A DNA stretch of 64,000 nucleotides from Paraspadella gotoi (taxonomy: Eukaryota > Animalia > Chaetognatha): contig CM119268.1 of the NCBI GenBank assembly GCA_051294375.1, positions 2,276,232-2,340,231 of the forward strand, read 5' to 3'. Position numbers and translations under genes: made by a program. Below, in pieces: positions 1-12,020 of the stretch. The notes beneath the pieces are model-generated. The model ran no database searches. It was not told the DNA's origin and saw only the letters and a program-made list of their open reading frames with translations. How positions within the stretch are numbered: position 1 is the first letter of the stretch; each line of letters opens with the position of its first letter.

Positions 1-313
1 AAAAGAAAGGAAAACGGAAAAAAAAAGAAAGAAAGATAAGAAAAAGGAAAATAACAAGAAAAAGAAGAAGAGATAAATAGGAGAAAGAAGAAAAAGAATA
101 GAAATGAAAAGAATGAAAGAAGAAAGTAGAAAAGAAGAAAAGGAGAAGAGGAAAAAAAAATAAAATGAAGAAAAAAGAAAAGTGATGGAAAAGAAAGAAA
201 AACACGAGGAAAGGAGAGAATAAGGAAACGTTACGGAGACAAACACATGCGATGTGGAAAGTAAGAAGTCAATACGACATTCTGGGATACGAGGATGAGA
301 GAGAGAGAAGAGA

Positions 314-399
<86 letters not shown>

Positions 400-555
400 A
401 CAAGATCCGGGACCACCGAGCCTAGTATATCTGAATCCAAGACTCATGGTTTTTAATCCAATTAACGCGAACGCGAAAGAGAGGATTAACGTTGCGCGCG
501 CATGCGTGTGACACTTGCGTGCGCGCGTGTGAATGGAGAGGAAGAAGAGGAGAGG

Positions 556-586
<31 letters not shown>

Positions 587-1368
587 AGAGGAGGAAGCAG
601 AAGAGAGAGAGAGAGAGAGAGAGGATGGAAACAGAGAGAGTTAGATAGAGAGCGAGATACCGAAAACGCGGATTAAGTTTACGAGCGACGAACGTTTTCC
701 GTCCAAACTCGTCGCCGTGGAAAGTCGAGCGGAAGGCGGAGGTGGTTGTTGTGGTGGATTTGTTGGTGGTTGTGGTTGATGTGGTGGATTTTCTGGTGGT
801 TGTGGTTGCTGTAGGGGTTTTGCTAGTTGTTGTGGTGGTTTTGCTGATGGTTGTGGTGCACTTAAATTAGTGTTGTGTCGATTGCATCGGTCGTGGCGGT
901 GGAGAACGCGCGGTGGTCGATTTGGCTCGCGTGGTTTGTCTATATTGTCGAAGTCTGCGGATTGGCGGCGGCGGCTGCTGCGTCGGCTGCGTCGGCTGCT
1001 GCTGCTGCGGCGGCTTATGGTTCATACGACGGAAGAGATGGAATAAGTGATTAATTTTATCTACAATTTATTTTTATTTCTTTCTTGCTAAATATATTTC
1101 CTTCTCGCTTAAGGCACAAATTTTTTTTGGCGGGAAAATTGGCTCCGTAATAACGTTGAAAATATTTCGCTGTTTAAATAAAAAAATATAAGTTAAGGTG
1201 AGGTTAGGTGTAAAAGTGAAATAACAACGACGACAAATTCCGGAACGAACAATTGACTTTAAAAACTTTGACGAAAATATATATATATCTAAAACAAAAC
1301 TCCGTTATCCTGTGACGCATGAGTTGGTTTTTCTTTTCCCTTTTTCCGGACATAAATAGAAGCCGAAC

Positions 1369-1745
1369 GGCTCTTTTTTCCCAAAACGCCCCATTTCAAT
1401 TCCTTTATCCATAGATTAAATTTAAATCTTAATCTATTACCAAACTTATAAATCTAATCCCATACTCTAATCCTTAAGCTTAATCCCAAATACTAACCTA
1501 ATCTTTGATACTATCAATGAAGGAAAAACTCATGCTATATACTAATACTTAATTTTTAACTCTACTTTAAACCCTAAATCTTAGTCCCAAGCCCAAATCG
1601 CTAATTACTAAACTTTATTCCTACACCTTAATCCAAAACTAAATCCATAACCTAATCTTTAACTCTACAATTTATTTAATTTTAAATGTAAAAACCAATT
1701 TTCATTTCGAATTTAGGAGAAATGGCGTTATGGGAAAACAAGGCC
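1369..1745. mobile_element. MITE-like element with about 27-bp imperfect TIRs and a degenerate (CCTAA/CTTAA)n interior
   Basis: Left GGCTCTTTTTTCCCAAAACGCCCCATTT versus right (reverse complement) GGCCTTGTTTTCCCATAACGCCATTT. A second copy of almost the same length lies at 36904-37283. Confidence 0.6.
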
Positions 1746-1809
1746 CACTTCTCTCTTCTTTATCGATTCTTCTTATCAACGGTCAAAGAAAGAGCCTTTT
1801 TTATAAAGG

Positions 1810-1875
<66 letters not shown>

Positions 1876-3062
1876 TCTCTGCTCTCTCTCTCTCTTCTCT
1901 CAAATTGGCTCTTCCCTATTTTCTCAGCCATTCCGCTTTAATCACAAGCGATGGCTCTTATCCCTCTCTCCTCTCTCTCTCTCACTCTCCTCCCCTATCT
2001 ACTCCCCTCTCACTTACCCCCCCTTTTCCCCTTACCGCTGTGGAAGGGAAGAGCCGTTTGCGCTTCGTTTCGGCCACGGGCTTTCCGTCGTCTGAGCCAA
2101 GCTTAAGCAGAGAGCCTCGTAGGTGTGTTCTTGGCCAGAATCGATTACGGGAAAAGAGATAGATGTAGAAAATAGAAAAAGGAATTGAAGGGGGGGGCGT
2201 GAAATCCCGTGAATTAAAAGAAGGTGGTCCACTCTTCGTTTTTTATTATGGGTCATTTAGTTGTTGGAGAGATAGAAACGACGCCACAAGGAAATGAAAA
2301 AAACCATTTCTAAACATTTTATTTTTTTTAAATTACATAACTATCGCAGGTCTATGCAAAGAACATACTTGTTAAACACTTTCCCACATTTAAAAGCGAA
2401 GGGAAAAGAAAAACAAAGCAAAATATTATTAAATGACGATTTCCATTTTTCTTCTTCACCTTCTCTCATCCTCTATAAACGAATGAGTTCTCAGAAATCG
2501 AATCAGGCGACGCCTTGATTTGATGAGCTTCCGTTTATATTTTAGGACGGAGATTTTATCTCTCGTCAAACGCCCGTCCAGTCCGTCCGTCCGTCGGTCT
2601 GTTGTCGTGCGTCGGTCGTCGTCCGTCCGTTCGCGTCCGACGGCAGGTTCGGTATATGTGTGATGTATGCCGGAACTGGAAAAGATAACCGGCGTCTCTT
2701 TATCTTGGATGAAGTTTTTGGTCTCGGGATTTGTGAGTTTTTGCGACTCGTGAATGAATCAATGTGATGGAAAAAGATGTGTGAGGATTCTATTTTTAGA
2801 AAAGACTCCATCGCAATTTCTACTATGCTAGCGATAATGGACGTTATAGAAAAAAACGAACTTAGCGAATGTGGGGAAAACTGCAAAGAAATTTAACCCG
2901 AACAACATTCTGTATTATTTTTTAAGTCACTAAGTCACTAAGTTTTTGTTTAAAAAAACAATAGTTATACATAACTTTTCTCCCTAAATTCATTATTTTC
3001 TCTGTTCCTCTCTGGAAGACTTGAAAGAAGATAACGTTTCAGAGGAGAGAAAGCGATTTCTG

Positions 3063-3176
<114 letters not shown>

Positions 3177-3289
3177 GTCCGGCGGAAAAAAGTGCAGGAC
3201 TCAAAGGTCTGAAACTCGGGCGAAGCATTTAATCCTTTTGGTCAGCTGTGGACAGAACCGAATCTCCCCCTGAAGGCAGGGATCCGGAA

Positions 3290-3460
3290 AGGGAGAGAGA
3301 AGTGTCCAAAAAAGATAGGAGAAGGGAGAGAAGTGTCGAAAAAAGATTGGAGAAGGCAGAGAAGTGTCCAAAAAAGATTAGAGAATGGAGAGAAGTATCG
3401 AAAAAAGATAGGAGAAGGCAGAGAAGTGTCCAAAAAGATAGGAGAAGGGACAGAAGTGTT
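3290..3460 (+). repeat. 31-bp minisatellite, about 5.5 copies
   Basis: AGTGTCCAAAAAAGATAGGAGAAGGGAGAGA-like units at 3301, 3332, 3363, 3394, 3425 and 3455. Confidence 0.85.
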
Positions 3461-4182
3461 TAAAAAGAGAAATAGTAAGACGTAAGAATAAATATAACAA
3501 TGGATAGAAACAGAAATAAAGAGAAATAGTAAAGGGAAAAAAGTATAAATGAGAAAAGAACATAGACAAACGGACAGACAGACTTGAAAACGCAGCGCAA
3601 ATCAGTCCAAGAAACGCAGTTTAAGCCTCAACCGCAAATTCTGTTTCCTGAGCAAAAAAAAAAAAAAAAAAAAATGTCCGGAGCCAACAGACTGATTCGA
3701 GACGTGGCCGAATACTGATGAGAATCCGGAACTACGACGCCGCGCGACGCCTGGCAACGACGCCGCAGGAAACCGGCGTCGCAAGGTGCGCCACGACGCG
3801 CATGGGCGCCTCGAATAAATCGTCCGGGCGAGCGGGGTTGGGAAAAAAACGAAAGGAGAGTAGAGAGGCAGGCGGGGAGGGGGGGAAGGAAAGGAACAGA
3901 GAATCTCTCGCGTGCAAAGTTGGATCGAGCAGACGATTTGCGTGCGCAAACGTCCTCGTGCACGCGAATTTATTTCTTTTTTTTGGTTTTTTTGAAAATT
4001 GGGTCAAGTTTTTTTTTTTTTCGAGAATTGATTTGGTTTAGATTCGTCGATTGGAGAGATTTTTCTTTTCGATTAGGTCGAGGTTCGTGGGCGATGGACA
4101 GACATGGACATGGACATNNNNNNNNNNATGGACATGGACATGGATATGGACATGGACTGGGCATGTACATTAGACAGCATAG

Positions 4183-6449
4183 GACACAATGAAAAATGGC
4201 GTAACGTTACTGTTCCGTGCAATTAATAAAAAAATTCACTGTTCAATATTATTAGATTTTTTAAATTTTTTGAAAACGTTTATAGTTTTCATATGTCGAT
4301 ATCCAAATATCAATGCAAAATCTTTTTTTGTTTTTTAGATATGACCGAATATAAGGGTGAAAGATGATAAAATTTTTTAAAAAAGTTACATATTTCTATT
4401 TTATTCCTAGAATGTAATAGAAAAAATTTAAAAAAATAATAGTTACCAATAGTTTGGGTATTATGTCTCAAATAAATGGAAAAAAACCTCATTTAAAAAT
4501 TTGATCGGGAAGTGGGGTAACTAAGGCCTTACCAATGGCATCCTCCACGCCCGATTGTTCTCTCAAATAATTTTTTTTTTTATTTAATACATTTGAAAGG
4601 GAAAAAAAGAAAATTCAGAATTCAGGTTGTATAAAGGGTACAGATAATCTGGACTTACTGACATGAAACCATGACCTTTTATATCTTGTGAAATGGGGGC
4701 AGTAAAGATATCTAAAAAATTTGATCATTAAGTCAGTCAATGAACCCTTTCTAATGGGCTATTACGAGAAATATTTTTTTTAATTAAAATGGATGATAAA
4801 TAATAGAATTAAATTCCTTGCTATATTTAAAAGAAAATTATCAATACAATTTAACACAATGTGTCTTGCTTTGTCAAATATATTGCCAGCTATATAATTT
4901 TTTAAAACTTTATTATGATAAACAAGCAGTGTGTAAGCTTTTAGTTTGCAGTTAAAGAAATAAAAAAATGACGATTTTTTTTTTCACAGACAAGAAGGTA
5001 GATGTCCAGACTGTTTATATCAAGCTGAAAACATTTTTGTATTTATCATTTTTGATATTTTAAAAAACATTTTATCAAGCTACAACATAAATTTTTTTGC
5101 TTGTTTTTTACTTTAACTTAAAAAATATAAGCAGTTTTATGGAATAAAGAAAATTTAATAATAATCAAAATGTAATTCAGTCTTTCCTTTTTCAAATTAC
5201 AAAAAGAAAAATAAAAAATTTCATATGCCTTCATTAAAATTTTTAAAAGCAAAAAACTGTTATACTTTTAACTCTGATTTAAACAAAAGCTGTGTAAAGA
5301 TTTATGGATTTAATTTAATAAAACTTTTTTAGAAAGGTGTCCCATGATTAGGGCTTTAATTTGATACCACACCCATCTTGCTAGCTCTTTTCTTTCAAAA
5401 GTTATTTAAAAAAATAACTTTTTTCAAACTACGCCAGTACACAATCTTTGTTAAATAAAAATTTCGACAAAGCGGGGGTATCTCACTTTATTTTTATTGA
5501 TACAATACTTAAATTTTAAAATAAACCTGAAGAAAATTTTTTGTCATTTTGAGACATATCACTTTCAGATGTACCCACTCGTATAATAATTTATTTATTT
5601 ATTTCCCAAAAAAAAATCCTAATTAAAAAAGTTGAAATTTTTTAAAATTGTTGAAAAAAAATTTTCTCCGACCTATGCTCATTGAGAATAATGGTTTTGC
5701 ATAGAAAAGAAATCAAATATCAAAAATAAAAAAAATCAGCCTCTAAAAAAATCGAAAGGCTAGAGGCTGAACTTTTTTAGAATTGCAAAAATTTTTTCCT
5801 AACTCGAAATCCATTATTCTCAAGTTTCAAAAATATTTTTTCCAAATCATTCAATCAATTTTTTTTTATTAATTTAAAATGTTTTTATGATGTGTTTTTT
5901 GTTTGAAAGAATTGAAGAAAAAAAAGTGAAAATATAGTATAGTAATTATATAAGGTTTTTGGAAATACCTCTAAATATATTATAATTTAGACACAAGGGG
6001 AGTAAGCGAGAGAAAACTTCCCATTCATAAAAAAAATTGAAAATGAATTTTCATATTGTTATTTAGATTAATTGACTAATTACAAACATATGATTCATAT
6101 AAATTGAGGAAATGATGGGTAAAAAATATTCATCTTGGTCTCGGTTAACTATTAAGTTATCGTTAAAGTTTTGTTTTAATAATATTATATTTTTTTTGCA
6201 TTTATAAAAGCAACGGTCTAAATTTTGTAAGCGTTTCGAGCTATATTGCTCATCTTTTTTCTATATTTTGATCTAGTTAGCCTTTTTGTGTTGATCGGTC
6301 AAGGGTTATGGTCAGAAACAGTAATGTCCAGTAGTGTATATCGCCACATATTACCAAAAGTAATAATCAATTAATTTGGCTCAGAAACAATTTTAAAGGG
6401 ACAAAATCAGCCACCGAGACCGTAACGCCACGTTATTTTTCATTGTGTC
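4183..6449. mobile_element. Non-autonomous DNA transposon (about 2.27 kb) with imperfect 31-bp TIRs and 4-bp TSD ATAG
   Basis: Left end GACACAATGAAAAATGGCGTAACGTTACTGT; right end (reverse complement) GACACAATGAAAAATAACGTGGCGTTACGGT; 26/31 identical. ATAG at 4179-4182 and 6450-6453. The interior is uniformly AT-rich, free of microsatellites and has no long ORF. Confidence 0.75.
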
Positions 6450-6625
6450 ATAGCTTGACCTTTTTGCATGATCCTTTCTTTGGAAAGTTATTTGATTTTT
6501 TGGGGGGTGATACGTACTTATTCTGACCAAATTTTTTTTGGCTACATACCGCGTCAGAGAAAAATCAGTCACGTGAAAAAAAAATGGCGGCGCCCATCGA
6601 CGCGCCTATCGCCGCTCCCATCGCC

Positions 6626-6639
6626 GCGCCATCTGGTGG
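6626..6639 (-). promoter_or_regulatory. CTCF-consensus motif
   Basis: The reverse complement CCACCAGATGGCGC fits CCASYAGRKGGCRS exactly. E-box GTCACGTGA lies at 6568-6576. Binding is not demonstrable from sequence. Confidence 0.4.
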
Positions 6640-6734
6640 AACTATCGTTCACCGCGATGTCACAATGGAATATAAACCAAGGAACGACGGAGGTTCTCGG
6701 TTCGATGACGCTTCTGCGCAGGAACTATTGTTGG

Positions 6735-6847
<113 letters not shown>

Positions 6848-8473
6848 CTCACTATTCCACAATCCAAACCCCACCCCTTGACTGGAGACAGGTTAGTGTA
6901 ATCTCATAATTTTTCCATTAATCTTATCTTCCAGTTTCCATTCCAATCACGCTCTGCTTTTTTTCACCTCCCGCGTTAATATTTCCCCATTTTACTATTT
7001 TCTTTACTATTTACTGTTTTTTTTTTCTTCTCCCTTTTCCCCTTTCCTCGTTGTCCTTTCATCCCCATTCATTCTCCCACCCCCTCAACACCCCACATCC
7101 TCCACACCCCCACCTCCTTCCATCCCCCGTTTCTCTCTCCGAGACTTAATCAGATAATGGTTTGAAAAGGTCGTATTCCTCGTCGACCTCGTCAACTGAA
7201 ACGACAACAACAACAACAACAACAACGACGACAACGTCAACAACTCCTGCGGTGAGACAAAATCACATCGAGTAAAAATAAATGCGTCGAAGAAAACAAA
7301 AGACTCGGAAAGGCGACTCGTGAGTCTAAGATCGATTTGAATCGAGCGACGATTTTTTATATTTTATACACAAAAAATAAAATAGTTTAATACTAACGTT
7401 GAAATATATATAAACAAACGTATAGAAAAGTCACGACAGTGAGGAGAGGTGCCCATCAAAGTGCAATAAAAGTAAATAATTCAGCTCATAAACACAGCGA
7501 ACGGAAACAGCGAACAAACAGTACCGTACATCGTCTTCTGGAAAACACGGCGACCACGTAAATAACATTGAAGGAACTGAAAAGAAAAAACATGGTCGCC
7601 GCCGCCGCCGCCGCCGACACCGCAGCCGACGCCACAGCCGCCGCTGACGCAGCCGCCGTCGCGAAAAAGTCAACAGAAACGAGCAAGAAAAAAAATTGAG
7701 GGCGAGGAAAAAGTGAACAACAAATAAGAGAAGCGACGACGAAGATGACGACGACGACGACGGCGACCAGGACTACGACGACAACGACGACGATAGTAAA
7801 TCTTTAAAAAATGGCGATGGAAAAAACGAGCCACTGGGACAATGTCCACAAAGTCGAAACAGACATCAACCAGAAAGAAAAAAAAAATAAACAAACGAAA
7901 TCGTTAAACTGAAATTAATATTTGGATGAATAAAAATGCATAACGAATCGTCGAGAAAATATTTTAATATTGACATGCTTATTAGCATTTTATATTGATT
8001 AAGTTGAGCTACAAGCAGATCTCAGCCAAATGCGAGCTCCTCATTCAAGCAAGCACGCGATCCCATGCAATCAATTCTCCACTCTTACGACAAATACTCA
8101 CAAGTATTGGTAGGCGGGCATTCGCGGTGGTGGGAGGGCGCTCCAGTCGGGGTTTCAGAGAAAAACTTGCATTTCTGAGATATGGTTGAACCGACGATAG
8201 AGGGCGAAGTTCGAAAGAAAGACAAAAGAGATCTTGGTCGATCTATTCCGCCCTAAAAATTCACTCGTTGATTCGAGATGATTTTTTTTCCCTTTTTATT
8301 CTCTTTATTCTTTTGTTTTTTTTTCTTCTTCTTATTTCCTTAATATGTTTTTATAATTTAATTTTCCGTTTGTCTTTTTTTTTCGTTTGTCTTTTGTTCT
8401 CTATTTTCCTTTTTTTTCCTCTTCAATTTATGGTTTTCGATCTCCGCCTCGAGGAAAGAAAAAAATATGAAGT

Positions 8474-8582
<109 letters not shown>

Positions 8583-8769
8583 CTCTCCAGAGGCGATAAT
8601 TGCGCTTTTGTCCTCGATTTTTCGTCTTTTTTTATCTGTTGAGTTTCTTCCTTTTCTCGCCAGAGGCGCAAGACGGTCGAACCTCGCGTCCGCCCGAACT
8701 GTTGTGGTCGTCGTTGTCATCGTCCTCGTTTCCGTCGTTGTCATCGTCGTCGACTTCCACTTTGGCACC

Positions 8770-9520
8770 GTGTTGCCATCATCATCATCGCCGGAGCTGT
8801 CATCATCTAATTTGTCGCCATCATTGTCATCGTCATTGTCATCGTGGACTTCTGGTCTGGCGCCATGTCGGCGTCATGTCAGGTAATGTCATGTCATCAA
8901 CGCCAGAGCTGTCATAATCTACCTTTTCGCCATCATTGTCATCGTCATTGTCATCGTGGACTTCTGGTCTGGCGCCATGTCGATGTCATGTCATGTCAAT
9001 GCCAGAACTATCATCATCTACCTTGTCGCCATCATTGTCATCGTCATTGTCATCGTGGACTTCTGGTCTGGCGCCATGTCGGCGTCATGTCATGTTATCA
9101 ACACCAGAACTGTCATAATCTACCTTTTCGCCATCATTGTCATCGTCATTGTCATCGTGGACTTCTGGTCTGGCGCCATGTCGGCGTCATTGTCATTATC
9201 ATCTTCATTATTGTCGCTTTCGTCAACTTTTGGTCTGGCGCCGTGTAAGCGTCAACCTCATCATCGTCTTTATAATCGTCGTCATCGCCATCGTCGTCAT
9301 CGTCGTCGTCATCGTCGACTTCCGGTCTTGCGCCATCACGGCGTCATCGCCATCATCGTCATCGTCGTCGTCATCATCGACTTCCGGTCTTGCGCCATCT
9401 CGGCGTCATCGCCATCATTGTCATCGTCATCGTCGACTTCCGGTCTGGCGCCATCTCGGCGTCATCGCCATCATTGTCATCGTCGTCGTCGACTTCCGGT
9501 CTGGCGCCATCTCGGCGTCG
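8770..9520 (+). repeat. GC-rich compound minisatellite (about 105-120-bp units, then about 55-65-bp units)
   Basis: Recurrent CGCCATCATTGTCATCGTCATTGTCATCGTGGACTTCTGGTCTGGCGCCATGTCGGCGTCA, then the GACTTCCGGTCT(T/G)GCGCCATCTCGGCGTCA variant. Confidence 0.9.
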
Positions 9521-10160
9521 ATCCTCGAGAGGCGCTGAATAACCGAGGAAAGACGCGAGGATCAGAGGCGCCGACGAACCTGAAAGAAAAAATGGGGGTG
9601 TTTGAGGGGGTGAGGGATATTCGGAGACGTGAGTTCATGGCAAGGAGGAGGGAAACGCGGACGCAGAGGCCAGGGCGGGGGGCCCAGGGGCGGGGGTGGT
9701 GAGTTAACGAGGTGGGCGTAAAGAATTCTTCGTTGCTTCATATCCGTTTTAAAAATAGAGAGTGAAGATGACACGGTCTCGTCAGTATGTGAAGAAAACT
9801 TTCTTATTTTTATTTTATTTTTATTTTTAAAATACGCGTCGTCGCTTCGTGGTGAAGGAGTTGATAATTTTTTTTAAAATTTTTTTTCTTCTTATTTTTG
9901 AGCTTGACGTCTTTTTTTACCCTTTTTCGATTTGTCATTTTCGATTCGCGATTCTTTATTTGGTCATAAGAACTTTGTCATTTCGCCATTCTACTTTCCC
10001 ATTTTCAAATTCCACCTTTACCACTTCCCCTTTCCACCTTTGCCACTTCCTCCTGTTCACCATTGCCATTCGCCACTTCAACTCGCTCTGAATTAGAAGT
10101 TTCGCCTCATTAGCTTTTTCCCTTTTCATCCTTCGCCCTTCATTTTACTTATTTTTTCCC

Positions 10161-10560
10161 TTTTTAGTTGCGCCGCGAGTACTCGCGGAGCAACTCTATA
10201 AGTCACTTTTCGGTTGACAGTCGCTCTGTCAGTCTTTCAGTCGGTCGGTCGGTCGGTCGGTATGTCTGTCCATCGGTCTGTCCCACTTTCATTAACAATG
10301 CATATAATTCGCCTATAGTTGTTCGCTTATTTTTTAAGACAGAAAAAAAACCTCAAATCTAACTCTAAGGGATTGCTTGTGCCGCCTTCAGGAAATCCTA
10401 AAATTATAAAGAATAAAAGACTCGATACAGTGCATGTCATAAATACAAAGGCTAAGAAAGTTTTTTACTCATGTCATGTCATGTCATACCCTGTGATCAA
10501 AGGGAAATACACGTGAAAATAAAGTCACTGCGGCGCAACACATTGGAATCACCATTTTTT
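10161..10560 (+). mobile_element. DINE-1/HINE-like non-autonomous Helentron element, full length
   Basis: T-run, then 5' hairpin AGTTGC-GCCGCGAGTACTCGCGGA-GCAACT, a (GTCG/GTCT)n tract, subterminal inverted repeat GCGGCGCAAC near 10530, and a T-run at the 3' end. Four further copies lie in the window. Confidence 0.7.
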
Positions 10561-11226
10561 TTCTTTTACATTCTCTCTACTTTTTTTCTATAATCTCCTA
10601 TTTTTAGGCTGATTAAATACTGTATTGCTCTTTAAATTTCAGACTATTTAATTGTATTAATAAAGAATTTTAAAGTAAAAAAAAAATTTCCCCGATTGGC
10701 TAAGTCCTTTCCCTCCCAATTTTTCATTTCTCTCCTTTTTGATCTGAATTTCCCGATTGGCTAAGTCCTTTCCCCGCCCCCCCCCCCAAATTGTTAATTT
10801 CTCTCCTTTTTGACCTGAATTTTTAATTCGGTTCGCGTCCATTTTCGCTGGTTGCGTCTCACGGCTGAGCGGATTATCAGATTTGATTTAATCATAAGCT
10901 AAAGTAAAAAATCAGAACGAAAACAAAACAAAAAAATAACAAAATAAATTTAATTTAATTAGTTTAATTAAATTAATTTAAGTCAGATGAAAAAAAAAGA
11001 TGGTAGGATAGAAATGGATGAATACGTAAATTAATCAAATGAATCTATCATAGCAGTTTAATTCTAGTATATTTTTGTATGTTCAGTGAAATATATAAAA
11101 ACAAAATTCAAATAGTATGTGATACGAAAAAAGGTTCTGCATATTTACTGATTTCTTAGAAAGTGGCAGGTTATCTTTTTCCTTCTCCTGCAGATCTGTG
11201 AAAATTTGATGATTCTTTCGCTCAGG

Positions 11227-11334
<108 letters not shown>

Positions 11335-11571
11335 CTCTCGCTCTCTCTCTTTCTTTCTTTCCTTCTCACAGAAGGAAAGCGAATCCATCGAACTAAAGTT
11401 TTAAGAGGCGAAATGGAATGAAAAAAAAAAGGAAGATAATAAAGGTCAGTCATTTTCCTTTAAAAAATTAAAAAATTGAAAAAGAGGGAAAGTTTAAAAT
11501 TCCGATAAAATATGTAAAGGAGGAGCAGAACGGAGGGAAAAAAAAGGAATAAAAAGAAGACAATAGAAAAA

Positions 11572-11764
11572 ACAAGATCGGTCCATCCAATGTGTTGCAC
11601 TGACTTTCTTAGCCCATGCATTAATGACACGCACTGCATCGGAATTCCGTCTTTTATTCTTTATAGATTTAAGATTTCCTGAAGGCGGCGCTAGCAGTCA
11701 CTTAGATTTTTTCCGGTCTTAAAAAATAAGGATAGACCGACGGACAGATATACCGACCGACCGA
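11572..11764 (-). mobile_element. HINE-like element, 3' part (5' end lost in N gap)
   Basis: Shares CATCCAATGTGTTGC, GACACGCACTGCATCGGAATT and CTGAAGGCGGCGCT with the copy at 21286-21658. On its own strand it ends in a small stem-loop followed by CTTGTT. Confidence 0.7.
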
Positions 11765-11930
11765 NNNNNNNNNNNNNNNNNNNNNNNNNNNNNNNNNNNN
11801 NNNNNNNNNNNNNNNNNNNNNNNNNNNNNNNNNNNNNAAAAAAAAGAGGAAAGACAAACAAACCGTGAAATTGTCTTGTTAATTCATTCTTTTCCATATT
11901 CATGAGTTTTGCTGTCTCACGTCGTGGGAG

Positions 11931-12020
<90 letters not shown>

